In this document: one piece after another, positions 27,415-37,034 of the stretch | Position numbering within the stretch: position 1 is the first letter of the stretch | Layout of the letters: every line of letters starts with the position of its first letter | Source of the DNA: Alistipes sp. | GTDB lineage: Bacteria > Bacteroidota > Bacteroidia > Bacteroidales > Rikenellaceae | Assembly: GCA_019422485.1 (NCBI GenBank) | Contig: JAHZDG010000003.1 | Location: forward strand, 4,201-68,200 | Length of the DNA stretch: 64,000 nt | Direction: 5' to 3' | Translations under genes and position numbers: made by a program | The notes under the pieces: generated by a model | Told to the model about the DNA's origin: nothing | Seen by the model: the letters and a program-made list of their open reading frames with translations, nothing else | Databases searched by the model: none

Positions 27415-29106
27415 ATGAAACGTCTCTTGTTGTTTTTGTTAGTTTCGATGTTTATTTCCGTAGGGGGAGTGATGGCCCAATCCGAGGAGGGAGCTGAAGC
27501 GGTGATGCAGGGAGGAGACGAGTACATGACGAGCAGACCGATCTCTGTGGGTCGGAATTTGATCAGCGGTCAGCCCTTGTCGGGCATAGCGTATGATTTC
27601 GGAGAGCGGATCGATGATATTTATATCGATTCGGTTTCCCGGACGGCTACGGTGCAGGTTCGGGGCATAACCCAGAACGGCAAATATCTACAGAATCGAG
27701 GTTATTTGGTCATGTTAGATTTGCAGAAAGGCCAGGTGCGATGGAGTCGTCCTATGGTTTTCCCCTATGGGAAGAGCGGCGTGTATCAGGACGGCGACTT
27801 TCTGTTATATAACGACGGTCGCAAAACGTTTTGTCTGAGTATGATGGATGGCCGTCCCCAGTGGGAGTCCCGTTATGATTTCTGGTATGTGGACAGGGAT
27901 TCGACCCGACGGTTAGGTTTGGGCTATTTGGTATATTCGGCTTTGGAGGTGAAGATTTTTGGGAGTGTGGATCTGAATACTGGGGAACGAGTCTGGAGAC
28001 GTCGACTTCCTTATGAGCCGTGGAACGATATTTATCGTCTGAATGATACGACCTTATTGGTTTTTTCTTCCGGTTTGTATCAAATCAACGTGTCGACCGG
28101 AGAAGGATGGGATTATGTCGCAGCAACCTCCAAACCAAATGATCTGAAGTGGAAGGATTTGGCGAAGGAGCTGAATCTTCAAGGTTCGATTTTTTTGAGG
28201 AGTAGTGCATTTCTGGGAAGTCCTATGAATCAAATCAGGGGATTATATTCGGATCTTGTAATTACGGATGATCGGATCTATTTCAGCTGTGCCGACCGGA
28301 TGGTGGCCCTGGATCGAAACGGTCAGCTGCAGTGGGAATGGAAACTGCCTGAAAATATTGCCAGTTATTCGGAACTGCTTCCCTCTGATTCGGTACTTTA
28401 TTTGGTAGGAAGAGGGTTTGCATTTCTATCGGGACAAGTGGTTACCTATGGGCGACCGTTCTTTGCCGCCTATGATCAGCAGAGCGGTAAACCGATTTTC
28501 TTTAACGTGATCGACCAGCGGAAATGTCAGATCCGGGCTATCCGACCCATTATGGACAGTCTGGTGTTCGTGACGGAGGATCGGATCGATTGCCGGAGTT
28601 TGCAGGACGGACTCAGCGGTCGGGAAGTGTTGATCGATACGGCCCAATACGGGGAAGTGATCCGGGATGTCGATCCGGAACTCTATTTCAGACGGGATGC
28701 CCAGACCGGGAAATTCACTCACGTCGTGGGTTCGTTGGATTCCTGGGGGGTGTATACGACAAAAAAGAAACTGTTGCTGCTGGACAAACAACAGCAGATT
28801 GCTGAAGTGTTAGAGCTCGATTCGTTATATTATCTGCGGGACAAACGAGACAATCTGTCGTTGTTGCGGCGGGATAACATTTCGTGTCTGGTGGATGACA
28901 ATGGAACGCTGCTGGCCGAGGTGCAGACTCCGACGGTTCCGGTGTGGATCGGCACGCAATGGTTTGTGAGTGTTCCGAAAGGAATTATGCGGCTGGATAT
29001 CGGCGATATTTTCCGCCAACGGTATCAGCAGCTGGGCGATGAACCGGAAAAACTCTTGGGTCAGTGGGCCCAGAAACCGGAAAATCCAATTGCGTTAATC
29101 GATTAA
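27415..29106 (+). CDS. secreted PQQ-like (BamB-type) beta-propeller repeat protein
   Basis: Signal peptide [22 protein letters not shown]. At least six repeats of the hhhhD..tG...W type are present ([68 protein letters not shown]). It starts 12 nt after murE and ends 4 nt before mraY. Confidence 0.6.
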   Translation: MKRLLLFLLVSMFISVGGVMAQSEEGAEAVMQGGDEYMTSRPISVGRNLISGQPLSGIAYDFGERIDDIYIDSVSRTATVQVRGITQNGKYLQNRGYLVMLDLQKGQVRWSRPMVFPYGKSGVYQDGDFLLYNDGRKTFCLSMMDGRPQWESRYDFWYVDRDSTRRLGLGYLVYSALEVKIFGSVDLNTGERVWRRRLPYEPWNDIYRLNDTTLLVFSSGLYQINVSTGEGWDYVAATSKPNDLKWKDLAKELNLQGSIFLRSSAFLGSPMNQIRGLYSDLVITDDRIYFSCADRMVALDRNGQLQWEWKLPENIASYSELLPSDSVLYLVGRGFAFLSGQVVTYGRPFFAAYDQQSGKPIFFNVIDQRKCQIRAIRPIMDSLVFVTEDRIDCRSLQDGLSGREVLIDTAQYGEVIRDVDPELYFRRDAQTGKFTHVVGSLDSWGVYTTKKKLLLLDKQQQIAEVLELDSLYYLRDKRDNLSLLRRDNISCLVDDNGTLLAEVQTPTVPVWIGTQWFVSVPKGIMRLDIGDIFRQRYQQLGDEPEKLLGQWAQKPENPIALID

Positions 29107-29110
29107 TGAT

Positions 29111-30358
29111 ATGCTATATCTTTTACTAAAGTATCTGTCTCAACATTTTGATGTACCCGGTATCGGGATGTTTATGTCGTTGTCGTTCCGGGCTTCGATG
29201 GGGGTGATTCTGGCCCTGGCGATCGGAATGATTTTCGGACGACGCATTATCCGCCTCTTGCAGCGCCACCAGATCGGGGAAGAGGTGCGAAACCTGGGGC
29301 TCGAAGGCCAGCTCCAGAAACGGGGAACCCCTACGATGGGCGGATTGATTATTCTGGCTGCGATCCTGATTCCGATTCTGCTGTTCGGTGACCTGACCAA
29401 TGTGTATGTCTGGTTGATGATCATTTCGACCGTCTGGTTGGGGCTGATCGGCTTCCTGGATGATTACATTAAGGTTTTTCGTAAAAACAAGGACGGTCTC
29501 AAAGGCCGCTTCAAAGTGGTCGGCCAGGTGGGACTGGGAATTATCGTGGGGTGTGTGATGTGGATGAGCCCCGATATCGTCATCAAGGAAAAACAGGCGA
29601 CCCGGAGTGAAGAGACTCACCTCGAATATGTGGATAACAACGGCGCCCGCAATGCCGTCTATATGGGGCCGGCTCAGAAAAGCAACAAAACGACCATTCC
29701 GTTCATTAAGGATAACGAGTTCGACTATCGTTGGTTGGTGCCGGGGGATGGCCCGACGAGTGAAAAACTCAGTTGGATCGTGTATGTGCTGGTGGCCATT
29801 CTGGTCATTACGGCGGTCTCCAACGGGGCGAACCTGACCGACGGATTGGACGGGCTGGCCTCGGGGGTCTCGGCCTTTATCGTGATCGTGCTGGGGGCGT
29901 TAGCCTATCTGTCGGGGAACGTCATCTATGCCGATTACCTCAATATCATGTATATCCCTACCAGCGGTGAACTGGTGGTGTTTGCGACTATCTTTGCCGG
30001 GGCCTTGATCGGTTTCCTGTGGTACAACTGTTACCCGGCGCAGGTGTTTATGGGCGATACGGGATCGTTGGCCATTGGGGGGATCATTGCGGTGTTTGCG
30101 CTGCTGATCCGCAAGGAGTTGTTGCTGCCGATACTTTGCGGGATTTTCTTTGTGGAAAGCCTGTCGGTGATTATTCAGGTGACTTATTTCAAATATACCA
30201 AACGAAAATATGGCGAGGGCCGACGGATATTCCTGATGTCGCCCCTGCACCACCACTACCAGAAGAAAGGCTATTTCGAGTCGAAAATCGTCGTTCGATT
30301 CTGGATCGTGCAGCTGTTGTTGGCCGCCATTACGCTGGTAACGCTTAAAATTCGATAA
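29111..30358 (+). CDS. mraY: phospho-N-acetylmuramoyl-pentapeptide transferase
   Basis: Motifs [42 protein letters not shown] and [10 protein letters not shown]. Confidence 0.93.
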   Translation: MLYLLLKYLSQHFDVPGIGMFMSLSFRASMGVILALAIGMIFGRRIIRLLQRHQIGEEVRNLGLEGQLQKRGTPTMGGLIILAAILIPILLFGDLTNVYVWLMIISTVWLGLIGFLDDYIKVFRKNKDGLKGRFKVVGQVGLGIIVGCVMWMSPDIVIKEKQATRSEETHLEYVDNNGARNAVYMGPAQKSNKTTIPFIKDNEFDYRWLVPGDGPTSEKLSWIVYVLVAILVITAVSNGANLTDGLDGLASGVSAFIVIVLGALAYLSGNVIYADYLNIMYIPTSGELVVFATIFAGALIGFLWYNCYPAQVFMGDTGSLAIGGIIAVFALLIRKELLLPILCGIFFVESLSVIIQVTYFKYTKRKYGEGRRIFLMSPLHHHYQKKGYFESKIVVRFWIVQLLLAAITLVTLKIR

Positions 30359-30364
30359 ATCGTC

Positions 30365-31705
30365 ATGGAAAGAATCGTCGTATTGGGAGGAGGCGAAAGC
30401 GGCTGCGGCTCGGCGGTATTGGCTCGGGTCAAAGGCCTGGATGTGTTTTTGTCCGATGCTGGACAGATTGCCCCCAAATATAAAACGCTGCTCGAACAAT
30501 GGAATGTCCCCTATGAAGAGGGTGGACATACTTCGGAGAAGATTTTGTCGGCCGATCGGGTGGTGAAAAGCCCCGGGATTCCGGATAAGGCGCCGATGGT
30601 GAAGGCCGTACGTGAAAAGGGAATTCCGGTGATTTCGGAGATCGAGTTTGCCGGCGCCTATACCGACGCGAAAACGATTTGCATCACGGGCAGCAATGGC
30701 AAAACTACCACGACGACGCTGATCTATGAGATGCTCTCTCAGGCCGGTCTGAACGTGGGGCTGGCGGGCAACATCGGCGAAAGTTTTGCACTGGCCGTGG
30801 CGACCCGTTCCTACGATTGGTATGTGATCGAACTGAGCAGTTTCCAGCTTGATGGAATGTATGATTTCCGGGCCGATATCGGAGTGCTGATGAACATCAC
30901 CCCCGACCATTTGGATCGGTATAACTACTGTTTCCAGAACTATATCGACAGTAAGTTCCGCATTATTCAGAACCAGCGTCCGGAAGATCGCTTTATCTAT
31001 TGTGCCGACGATCCGGTGACGAAGGAAAATCTCGCCCACCATCCGCTGATGATGCAGACTCTGCCGTTCGGGGTCTATACCGTGGATGGGTGCAGCGCGA
31101 CCTTGCATGACGGGATGATCCATGCCGAAACCGACGGCCGACGGTTGGATATTGCGGTGAGCGAGCTGCCGTTGCTGGGGGTGCATAACCTCTATAACGT
31201 TATGGCGGCTTCGTTGGCGGCGCTGTCGGTCGGGGTGGCGCCGGAAAGCATTGCTCGGACGCTGCGGACGTTCCGTGGAGTGGAACACCGCTTGGAACCC
31301 TGCGGAGAAATCAACGGAGTGCTGTATATCAACGACTCCAAGGCGACCAATGTCGATTCGGTGTTCTATGCCCTGGGAGGGATGACCCGTCCGGTGGTAT
31401 GGATCGCCGGAGGTACGGACAAAGGTAACGAGTACGACCGTCTTTATGCCTTGGCCGAAGAGAAGGTGAAGGCGCTGGTATGTATGGGGCTCGATAATGC
31501 CAAATTGGTGCGCAGTTTCACCGGGCGGGTGCCTCGGGTGTTCGATACGGCCTCGTTGGATGAGGCGATGCGGGCGGTGGCTGAGGTGGCCGAACCGGGG
31601 GATGTGGTGTTGTTGTCGCCGGCCTGTGCCAGTTTCGACCTCTTTAAGAATTACGAAGACCGGGGCCGTCAGTTCAAGGCTGCCGTTGAGGCGCTGAAAA
31701 AATAG
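30365..31705 (+). CDS. murD: UDP-N-acetylmuramoylalanine--D-glutamate ligase
   Basis: N-terminal Rossmann segment VLGGGESGCGSA, P-loop ITGSNGKTTTTT, and C-terminal LSPACASFD. Confidence 0.92.
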   Translation: MERIVVLGGGESGCGSAVLARVKGLDVFLSDAGQIAPKYKTLLEQWNVPYEEGGHTSEKILSADRVVKSPGIPDKAPMVKAVREKGIPVISEIEFAGAYTDAKTICITGSNGKTTTTTLIYEMLSQAGLNVGLAGNIGESFALAVATRSYDWYVIELSSFQLDGMYDFRADIGVLMNITPDHLDRYNYCFQNYIDSKFRIIQNQRPEDRFIYCADDPVTKENLAHHPLMMQTLPFGVYTVDGCSATLHDGMIHAETDGRRLDIAVSELPLLGVHNLYNVMAASLAALSVGVAPESIARTLRTFRGVEHRLEPCGEINGVLYINDSKATNVDSVFYALGGMTRPVVWIAGGTDKGNEYDRLYALAEEKVKALVCMGLDNAKLVRSFTGRVPRVFDTASLDEAMRAVAEVAEPGDVVLLSPACASFDLFKNYEDRGRQFKAAVEALKK

Positions 31706-32076
31706 GTGTGTCGCAGGGTCCTGGCTGAGGCGTGAATGTCTTAGTTGGGGCGGGCGATTGTGCTGTCTGCGTGGATTCAACGAAGGCGGAGGTATTGACC
31801 GTTCGGCTTTCCCCTGAAAGGGATCCGAGAATTCGGACGAGGTTACAAGAATGGGGTGGAACGACTGCCAACGTTCGGAAGCGGCAGCATGCTCAGGTTG
31901 GTTTGCCGAATGCCTCGGATAGAAGGACGGGACACAAACCCGGTGTCATATGAACGGCGGGAAACGGTAATCCCCGAACAAGGCGTACGGTGGAATCCGA
32001 TTCGCGGGCAGGATAATTAATTGACCATATGGAGGGTGACGGAAGAGAATCCGGCCGCCCTTTGATTTTCAAAAGA

Positions 32077-33366
32077 ATGAACGAACAGAACCCTTCAAAA
32101 GAGACTCAGGTTCAGGCAGGATTTTTCGATCGGCTCTTCAGCGGCGATCGGGTGCTGTGGATTGTTATCGCCTTTCTGGCAGTATTTTCGCTGTTGGTGG
32201 TCTACTCCTCGACTGCTTCGATGGCCTATCGAAAAGCCGGTGGCGATACGGCGCATTATTTCTTTTCTCAGTTGAAATTCATCGTGTTGGGATTCCTGAT
32301 CATGATTGCCGTACACCGAATCAATTACCAGAGATATGTACGCTTTACGACTCTGATGTTTTGGCTGGCCTTGGGTATGATGGCTCTGACGTTTATCATC
32401 GGGGTCAATCTGAACAGTGCGGCCCGTTGGATTCGGGTGCCGTTGATCGGGGTGACGTTCCAGCCGTCGGATTTCTTGCGGGTGACGCTGATCGCTTTGC
32501 TGGCTCAGCAACTGGCCAAACGCCAAAGCTATATCGACAAGATTCCGATTCTGCCCGCGCTGACGCCGGGAGGTTGGGGGCGTAATCCGAAAAAAAATAT
32601 GGATATTCTGCGATCGACCACCTTGCCGTTGTTGGGGCCGATTGCAGTGGCCTGTGCCGCGATTTTCGTCTCGAACTTCTCGACGGCGGCCATTACCTTC
32701 GGAACCTGTTGCGTGATGCTCTATATCGGGCGGGTCCGATTGAGCGAGTTGTGGCGGCTGATTGCCCTGGTCGTCGTGGCGATGGTGTTGGCGGTCACGG
32801 TGATGTATATCTTTAACATCGGTCGTTCGCATACCTGGGTCAATCGCTTGGGCTTGGGCGATGTCGTCAACCAGAGCGAACAGGTGCAGGCCCAGAGCGA
32901 TGACGATAACCTGCAAAAAGAACAGGCGATGATTGCGATCGCTTCGGGGCAGATCACCGGGAAAGGGCCCGGTAATAGCACCCAACGTTCCAACCTGCCT
33001 CACGCCTATTCCGACTTTGCCTATGCGTTCATTGTCGAAGAATATGGTTTCATAGGGGCGGTGGGGATTTTATTTCTGTATCTTTGTATTTTCTTCCGAG
33101 GAATCGTTATCTTTCAGCGTTGTGGAACGGCGCTGCCCAGTCTGTTGGTCTTGGGGCTGAGTCTGATGATCACCCTGCAGGCGATCAGTAATATGATGGT
33201 CTCCGTGGGGTATTTCCCGGTGACGGGACAGACTCTGCCGTTGATCAGTCTGGGGGGGTCGTCGGTGATTTTTACCAGCTTGGCGCTGGGGATGATCTTG
33301 GGGGTCAGCCGTCAGATGAAAGAACAGTCGCTGGATCGGCCCAAGAACGAATCCTTATTAGAATAG
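32077..33366 (+). CDS. ftsW: SEDS-family peptidoglycan glycosyltransferase FtsW
   Basis: Polytopic membrane protein with motifs QPSDFLRV, HAYSDFAYAFIVEEYGFIGA and PVTGQTLPLISLGGSS. ATG 32077 is preferred, but ATG 32029 is also possible. Confidence 0.88.
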   Translation: MNEQNPSKETQVQAGFFDRLFSGDRVLWIVIAFLAVFSLLVVYSSTASMAYRKAGGDTAHYFFSQLKFIVLGFLIMIAVHRINYQRYVRFTTLMFWLALGMMALTFIIGVNLNSAARWIRVPLIGVTFQPSDFLRVTLIALLAQQLAKRQSYIDKIPILPALTPGGWGRNPKKNMDILRSTTLPLLGPIAVACAAIFVSNFSTAAITFGTCCVMLYIGRVRLSELWRLIALVVVAMVLAVTVMYIFNIGRSHTWVNRLGLGDVVNQSEQVQAQSDDDNLQKEQAMIAIASGQITGKGPGNSTQRSNLPHAYSDFAYAFIVEEYGFIGAVGILFLYLCIFFRGIVIFQRCGTALPSLLVLGLSLMITLQAISNMMVSVGYFPVTGQTLPLISLGGSSVIFTSLALGMILGVSRQMKEQSLDRPKNESLLE

Positions 33367-33369
33367 ATC

Positions 33370-34500
33370 ATGATGGATAAACTGAACGTGATTTTAAGCG
33401 GTGGCGGAACGGGTGGACACATCTATCCGGCTGTAGCCGTGGCCGAAGCCCTGCAACGTCGTTTAGGCGACCGGGTCGAACTGTTGTTCGTGGGGGCCGA
33501 AGGCAAAATGGAGATGGAAAAGGTTCCGGCCTTGGGGTATCGGATTGTCGGGTTACCGGTGGCGGGTCTGCAACGCCGCCTGACCCTGCGCAATCTGGCT
33601 TTCCCGTTCAAACTGTGGGCCTCGTATCTCAAAGCCCGTCGGGTGATTAAGGATTTCAAAGCCGATGTGGCAGTGGGATTCGGGGGTTATGCCAGCGCTC
33701 CGGTGCTGTGGGCGGCCCAGTTGATGGGAATCCCGACGATCATTCAGGAACAGAACAGCTATGCCGGAAAGGCCAATAAATGGTTGGCATCGAAGGCTAC
33801 ACGGATTTGTGTGGCTTACGAAGGGGCCGAACGCTTCTTTCCGAAAGACCGGATCGTGTTGACGGGGAATCCGTTGCGGGACCGGTTTGCCCGCAAGGGG
33901 GATTATCGGCGCGAAGCGTTGGAATATTTCGGGCTGAGTGCCGATAAGCCGGTGGTGCTGGTGGTCGGCGGCAGCCTGGGAACCCGCACCCTGAACAATA
34001 TGATGAAAGCCAACGTCGACCGTATCGTGGCCGAAGGAAAACTGCAGGTGATCTGGCAGACCGGGAAGTATTACGAACGGGAGATGGATGAGTTTATGGC
34101 CGGTCGTCCGGCGGACGGTATCTGGCGGAATGCCTATATCGAACAGATGGACCTGGCGTATGCCGCTGCCGATATTGTGGTGGCTCGGGCCGGAGCCAAT
34201 ACGGTGTCGGAGTTGTGCCTGGTGGGCAAACCGGTGATTTTTGTGCCTTCGCCGAATGTGGCGGAAGATCATCAGACCAAAAACGCCCGGGCTTTGGAAG
34301 AGAAAGGGGCGGCGGTGTTGATTCCCGATGCGCGGGCCGTGACCGATGTATTCCCGCAGATCGAAGTGCTGTTGGGGGATTCGGCGCAGTTGGAACGCAT
34401 GTCGAAGAATATCCTTGCCTTGGGAATCAGCGATTCGGCCGATCGGATCGTCAACGAGATTTTGGCTTCGGTAGGCTGGCGCGAACCGGAGAAGGCTTAG
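33370..34500 (+). CDS. murG: undecaprenyldiphospho-muramoylpentapeptide beta-N-acetylglucosaminyltransferase
   Basis: Motifs GGGTGGHIYPAVAVAEAL, VVGGSLGTRTLN, ARAGANTVSEL and EDHQTKNA. Confidence 0.92.
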   Translation: MMDKLNVILSGGGTGGHIYPAVAVAEALQRRLGDRVELLFVGAEGKMEMEKVPALGYRIVGLPVAGLQRRLTLRNLAFPFKLWASYLKARRVIKDFKADVAVGFGGYASAPVLWAAQLMGIPTIIQEQNSYAGKANKWLASKATRICVAYEGAERFFPKDRIVLTGNPLRDRFARKGDYRREALEYFGLSADKPVVLVVGGSLGTRTLNNMMKANVDRIVAEGKLQVIWQTGKYYEREMDEFMAGRPADGIWRNAYIEQMDLAYAAADIVVARAGANTVSELCLVGKPVIFVPSPNVAEDHQTKNARALEEKGAAVLIPDARAVTDVFPQIEVLLGDSAQLERMSKNILALGISDSADRIVNEILASVGWREPEKA

Positions 34501-34735
34501 TGATTTTTCCCTCAAGACTTTTATGGGCTAAGGGGGTAAAGTCAGTTGTGGATCCACAGGACTGTGTCGGGCGACGCCTGTAAGCGGCCGGGAGCCGGAA
34601 TAACGGACAGAGGAAGCCGGAGCGAAAGACCGTGGAGTGAGAGAGTATTCAGCTTACGGGAACAGGCGGTGTCGTCTGCATTCTGCATAAAGAGAAAACG
34701 GAAAAGCTCCGGGCGGGGAATCCGCGGGGAATTGT

Positions 34736-36124
34736 TTGAAGGAATTGTCAGGAAAAGTGAGTTATACGAACGTCTATTTTTTGGGGATCGGCGGCATCGG
34801 AATGAGTGCGCTGGCCCGTTATTTTGCCCATGAAGGGCGTCGGGTGGCCGGTTATGACCGGACACCGTCGGATCTGACCGCTGCGTTGGAAGCCGAAGGG
34901 ATTGCGGTGACCTATGAGGATCGAGAGGAAACGATCCCCGAAGGGTTCAGAGACCCGGCGACGACGCTGGTGGTCTATACGCCGGCTTTGCCGCACGATC
35001 ATCGGCAGTGGGCCTGGTTCCGTGAACGCGGGTTCGAGATTCTGAAACGCTCCCGCATGTTGGGCATCGTCTCGGAAGGCAAATACGTGATGGCTGTGGC
35101 CGGGACGCATGGAAAAACCACTACAACTACTTTGACGGCCTGGTTGAATCATCAGGCGGGCGGAGGCGGCAGTGCCTTTTTGGGTGGAATTTCCAAGAAT
35201 TTCGGCAGCAATCTCGTGCTGGGAACCGGGGATCGTCTGGCGGTGGAGGCCGACGAGTTCGACCGCTCTTTCCTGCAGTTGCATCCCGATGCGGCCGTTG
35301 TTACCGCCGTCGACGCCGATCACCTCGATATATACGGAACGGTGGAGGCGGTGCGGGAAGCCTTCTCTCAGTTTATTGCCCAGATCAAGCCCGGAGGGGC
35401 GTTGATCCTCAAAGCCGGTGTTGAGTTGGCTTTGCCGGAGTCGGGGATTCGGATTTACCGGTATAGTTGTGATGAACCGGCTGATTTCTATGCGACGCGC
35501 ATCCGTCTGATCGAGGGTGGACACTATCTGTTCGATGTGGTGTGTCCCGATCGGGTGATTCGGGATTGCACGTTGGGAGTCCCTGGGCGGGTCAATATCG
35601 AAAATGCCGTGGGTGCGGTTGCTCTGTTGTGGGTGGCCGGTTTCGATGAGGAGAAACTGCGCGAAGCCCTGGCTTCGTTCAGCGGCGTGAAACGTCGGTT
35701 CGACTTTTATATCAATACGCCTCGCCGAATCTATATGGATGACTATGCGCATCACCCCCGGGAGTTGCAGGCGACGATCACTTCGTTCCGGGCCATGTTT
35801 CCCGGCCGGAAACTGACGGTGGTCTTTCAGCCGCACCTCTATACCCGGACGCGGGATTTCTTCCAGGAGTTTGCCTCGGTGCTCTCTCAGGCCGACGAGG
35901 TCTTTTTGCTGCCGATCTATCCGGCCCGGGAGGAACCGATCGAAGGGGTTACCTCCGAAATGTTGCTGGACCGGATTACGGTGCCGGCCCGGGTGGTACA
36001 GAAGCCCGAACTGCTGGATGTATTGCGGCAGGAAAATCCGGAGGCGCTCATTACCTTCGGGGCTGGGGATATCGACCGCTTTTGTGAACCGATCGCCCGG
36101 ATGTTGCGGGAACTGGATGCCTGA
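34736..36124 (+). CDS. murC: UDP-N-acetylmuramate--L-alanine ligase; non-ATG start at TTG 34736, TTG 34745 or GTG 34757
   Basis: Motifs YFLGIGGIGMSALARYF and P-loop VAGTHGKTTTT. The first ATG of the frame lies inside the GIGGIGMS nucleotide-binding motif, so a TTG or GTG start is required. Confidence 0.88.
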   Translation: MKELSGKVSYTNVYFLGIGGIGMSALARYFAHEGRRVAGYDRTPSDLTAALEAEGIAVTYEDREETIPEGFRDPATTLVVYTPALPHDHRQWAWFRERGFEILKRSRMLGIVSEGKYVMAVAGTHGKTTTTTLTAWLNHQAGGGGSAFLGGISKNFGSNLVLGTGDRLAVEADEFDRSFLQLHPDAAVVTAVDADHLDIYGTVEAVREAFSQFIAQIKPGGALILKAGVELALPESGIRIYRYSCDEPADFYATRIRLIEGGHYLFDVVCPDRVIRDCTLGVPGRVNIENAVGAVALLWVAGFDEEKLREALASFSGVKRRFDFYINTPRRIYMDDYAHHPRELQATITSFRAMFPGRKLTVVFQPHLYTRTRDFFQEFASVLSQADEVFLLPIYPAREEPIEGVTSEMLLDRITVPARVVQKPELLDVLRQENPEALITFGAGDIDRFCEPIARMLRELDA

Positions 36125-36147
36125 ACCGATCAATCGACCGACCGATC

Positions 36148-36981
36148 TTGAAAAGACTCGTTTCCATACTGTTGGGGTTGTTGGCCTGGACGGCGATTTT
36201 TGTCTACATCGCGGTCAGTTCCCGCTATTGCTCCGACCAGAAGCGACAAACGTTGTGTCGTCGGATCGATGTGGTCGTGCAGGACAGCGATCGGATGAAT
36301 TTCATTACGCCGGGAATGGTCCGGGCCTGGTTCGCCCGGGAGAAAAAGGAGATTTTCCAGCAGGAGATCACCCAGGTTAATCCCCTGGAAGTCGATGCCT
36401 TTATTCGGCGGCGGGGCTTTGTGCGTGATGTGCGGGTCTATACGACACTCGACGGGGTGCTGCACATCGAACTGACCCAACGTCGCCCGATCGCCCGGGT
36501 GAGTAGCGTCAATGGTTACAACTTTTATATCACCGAGGATAATTACATCCTGCCGACCCAACGACACGAGGTGGTCTACGTTCCGGTGATCACGGGAATG
36601 GTCTATCCTCCCTTTGAAAGAGATTATGTCGGAACCCTCCCTCAGACCGCGCATGAAGGCGAAAAAAAAGTGTCAAAAAATTACGTCTTTTTCTCTAATC
36701 TGATTAATTTTGTGAAATTCGTGAGAGAAGACGATTTTTGGAACTCATTTATCGTTCAGATCGATCTTCAGGGCGAGAACGACGGGTCAACATACGATCC
36801 TCAGGTGCGTATCGTGCCGCGTGTGGGCAATCAGGTGATTCTGCTCGGGAGCCTCGAAAACTATCCCGAAAAACTCGAACGCCTGATGCGTTTTTATCGC
36901 AACGGTATGGCCTATGAGTCGTGGGATCGTTACCGGTATATCGACGTGCGGTATGCCGGACAGGTGGTTTGCACGCCGTGA
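36148..36981 (+). CDS. ftsQ: cell division protein FtsQ (POTRA domain)
   Basis: Located between murC and ftsA. It has an N-terminal TM helix (SILLGLLAWTAIFVYIAV) followed by a POTRA-like segment (CRRIDVVVQDSDRMNFITPGMV). TTG start; there is no ATG before the TM helix. Confidence 0.75.
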   Translation: MKRLVSILLGLLAWTAIFVYIAVSSRYCSDQKRQTLCRRIDVVVQDSDRMNFITPGMVRAWFAREKKEIFQQEITQVNPLEVDAFIRRRGFVRDVRVYTTLDGVLHIELTQRRPIARVSSVNGYNFYITEDNYILPTQRHEVVYVPVITGMVYPPFERDYVGTLPQTAHEGEKKVSKNYVFFSNLINFVKFVREDDFWNSFIVQIDLQGENDGSTYDPQVRIVPRVGNQVILLGSLENYPEKLERLMRFYRNGMAYESWDRYRYIDVRYAGQVVCTP

Positions 36982-37034
36982 GGAGTTTCACGAGGGGATA
37001 GAAATCGAACAAGACAAGATAAAGGGCATATAAC

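Noticed and set aside
31732-31953. A 73-aa + strand ORF inside the murD-ftsW spacer, and a 67-aa ORF at 19843-20046 in the dusB-ftsL spacer.
   Set aside because: Neither has a signal or TM segment or any motif. Their composition is Arg/Gly-rich and typical of the G-rich spacers, they have no promoter box, and one has only a GTG start. They are most likely chance ORFs.
31952-32012. Cobalamin-riboswitch-like core fragments (GGGAAACGGTAATCC … GGTGGAATCCGATTCGCGGGC) and an SRP-RNA-like CGGAAGCGGCAGC (31876-31888) in the murD-ftsW spacer.
   Set aside because: No B12 box or GCCACTG element is present and the required helices do not form. The SRP-like GGAA loop is not closed by complementary bases. 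Only a covariance-model scan could revive either idea.
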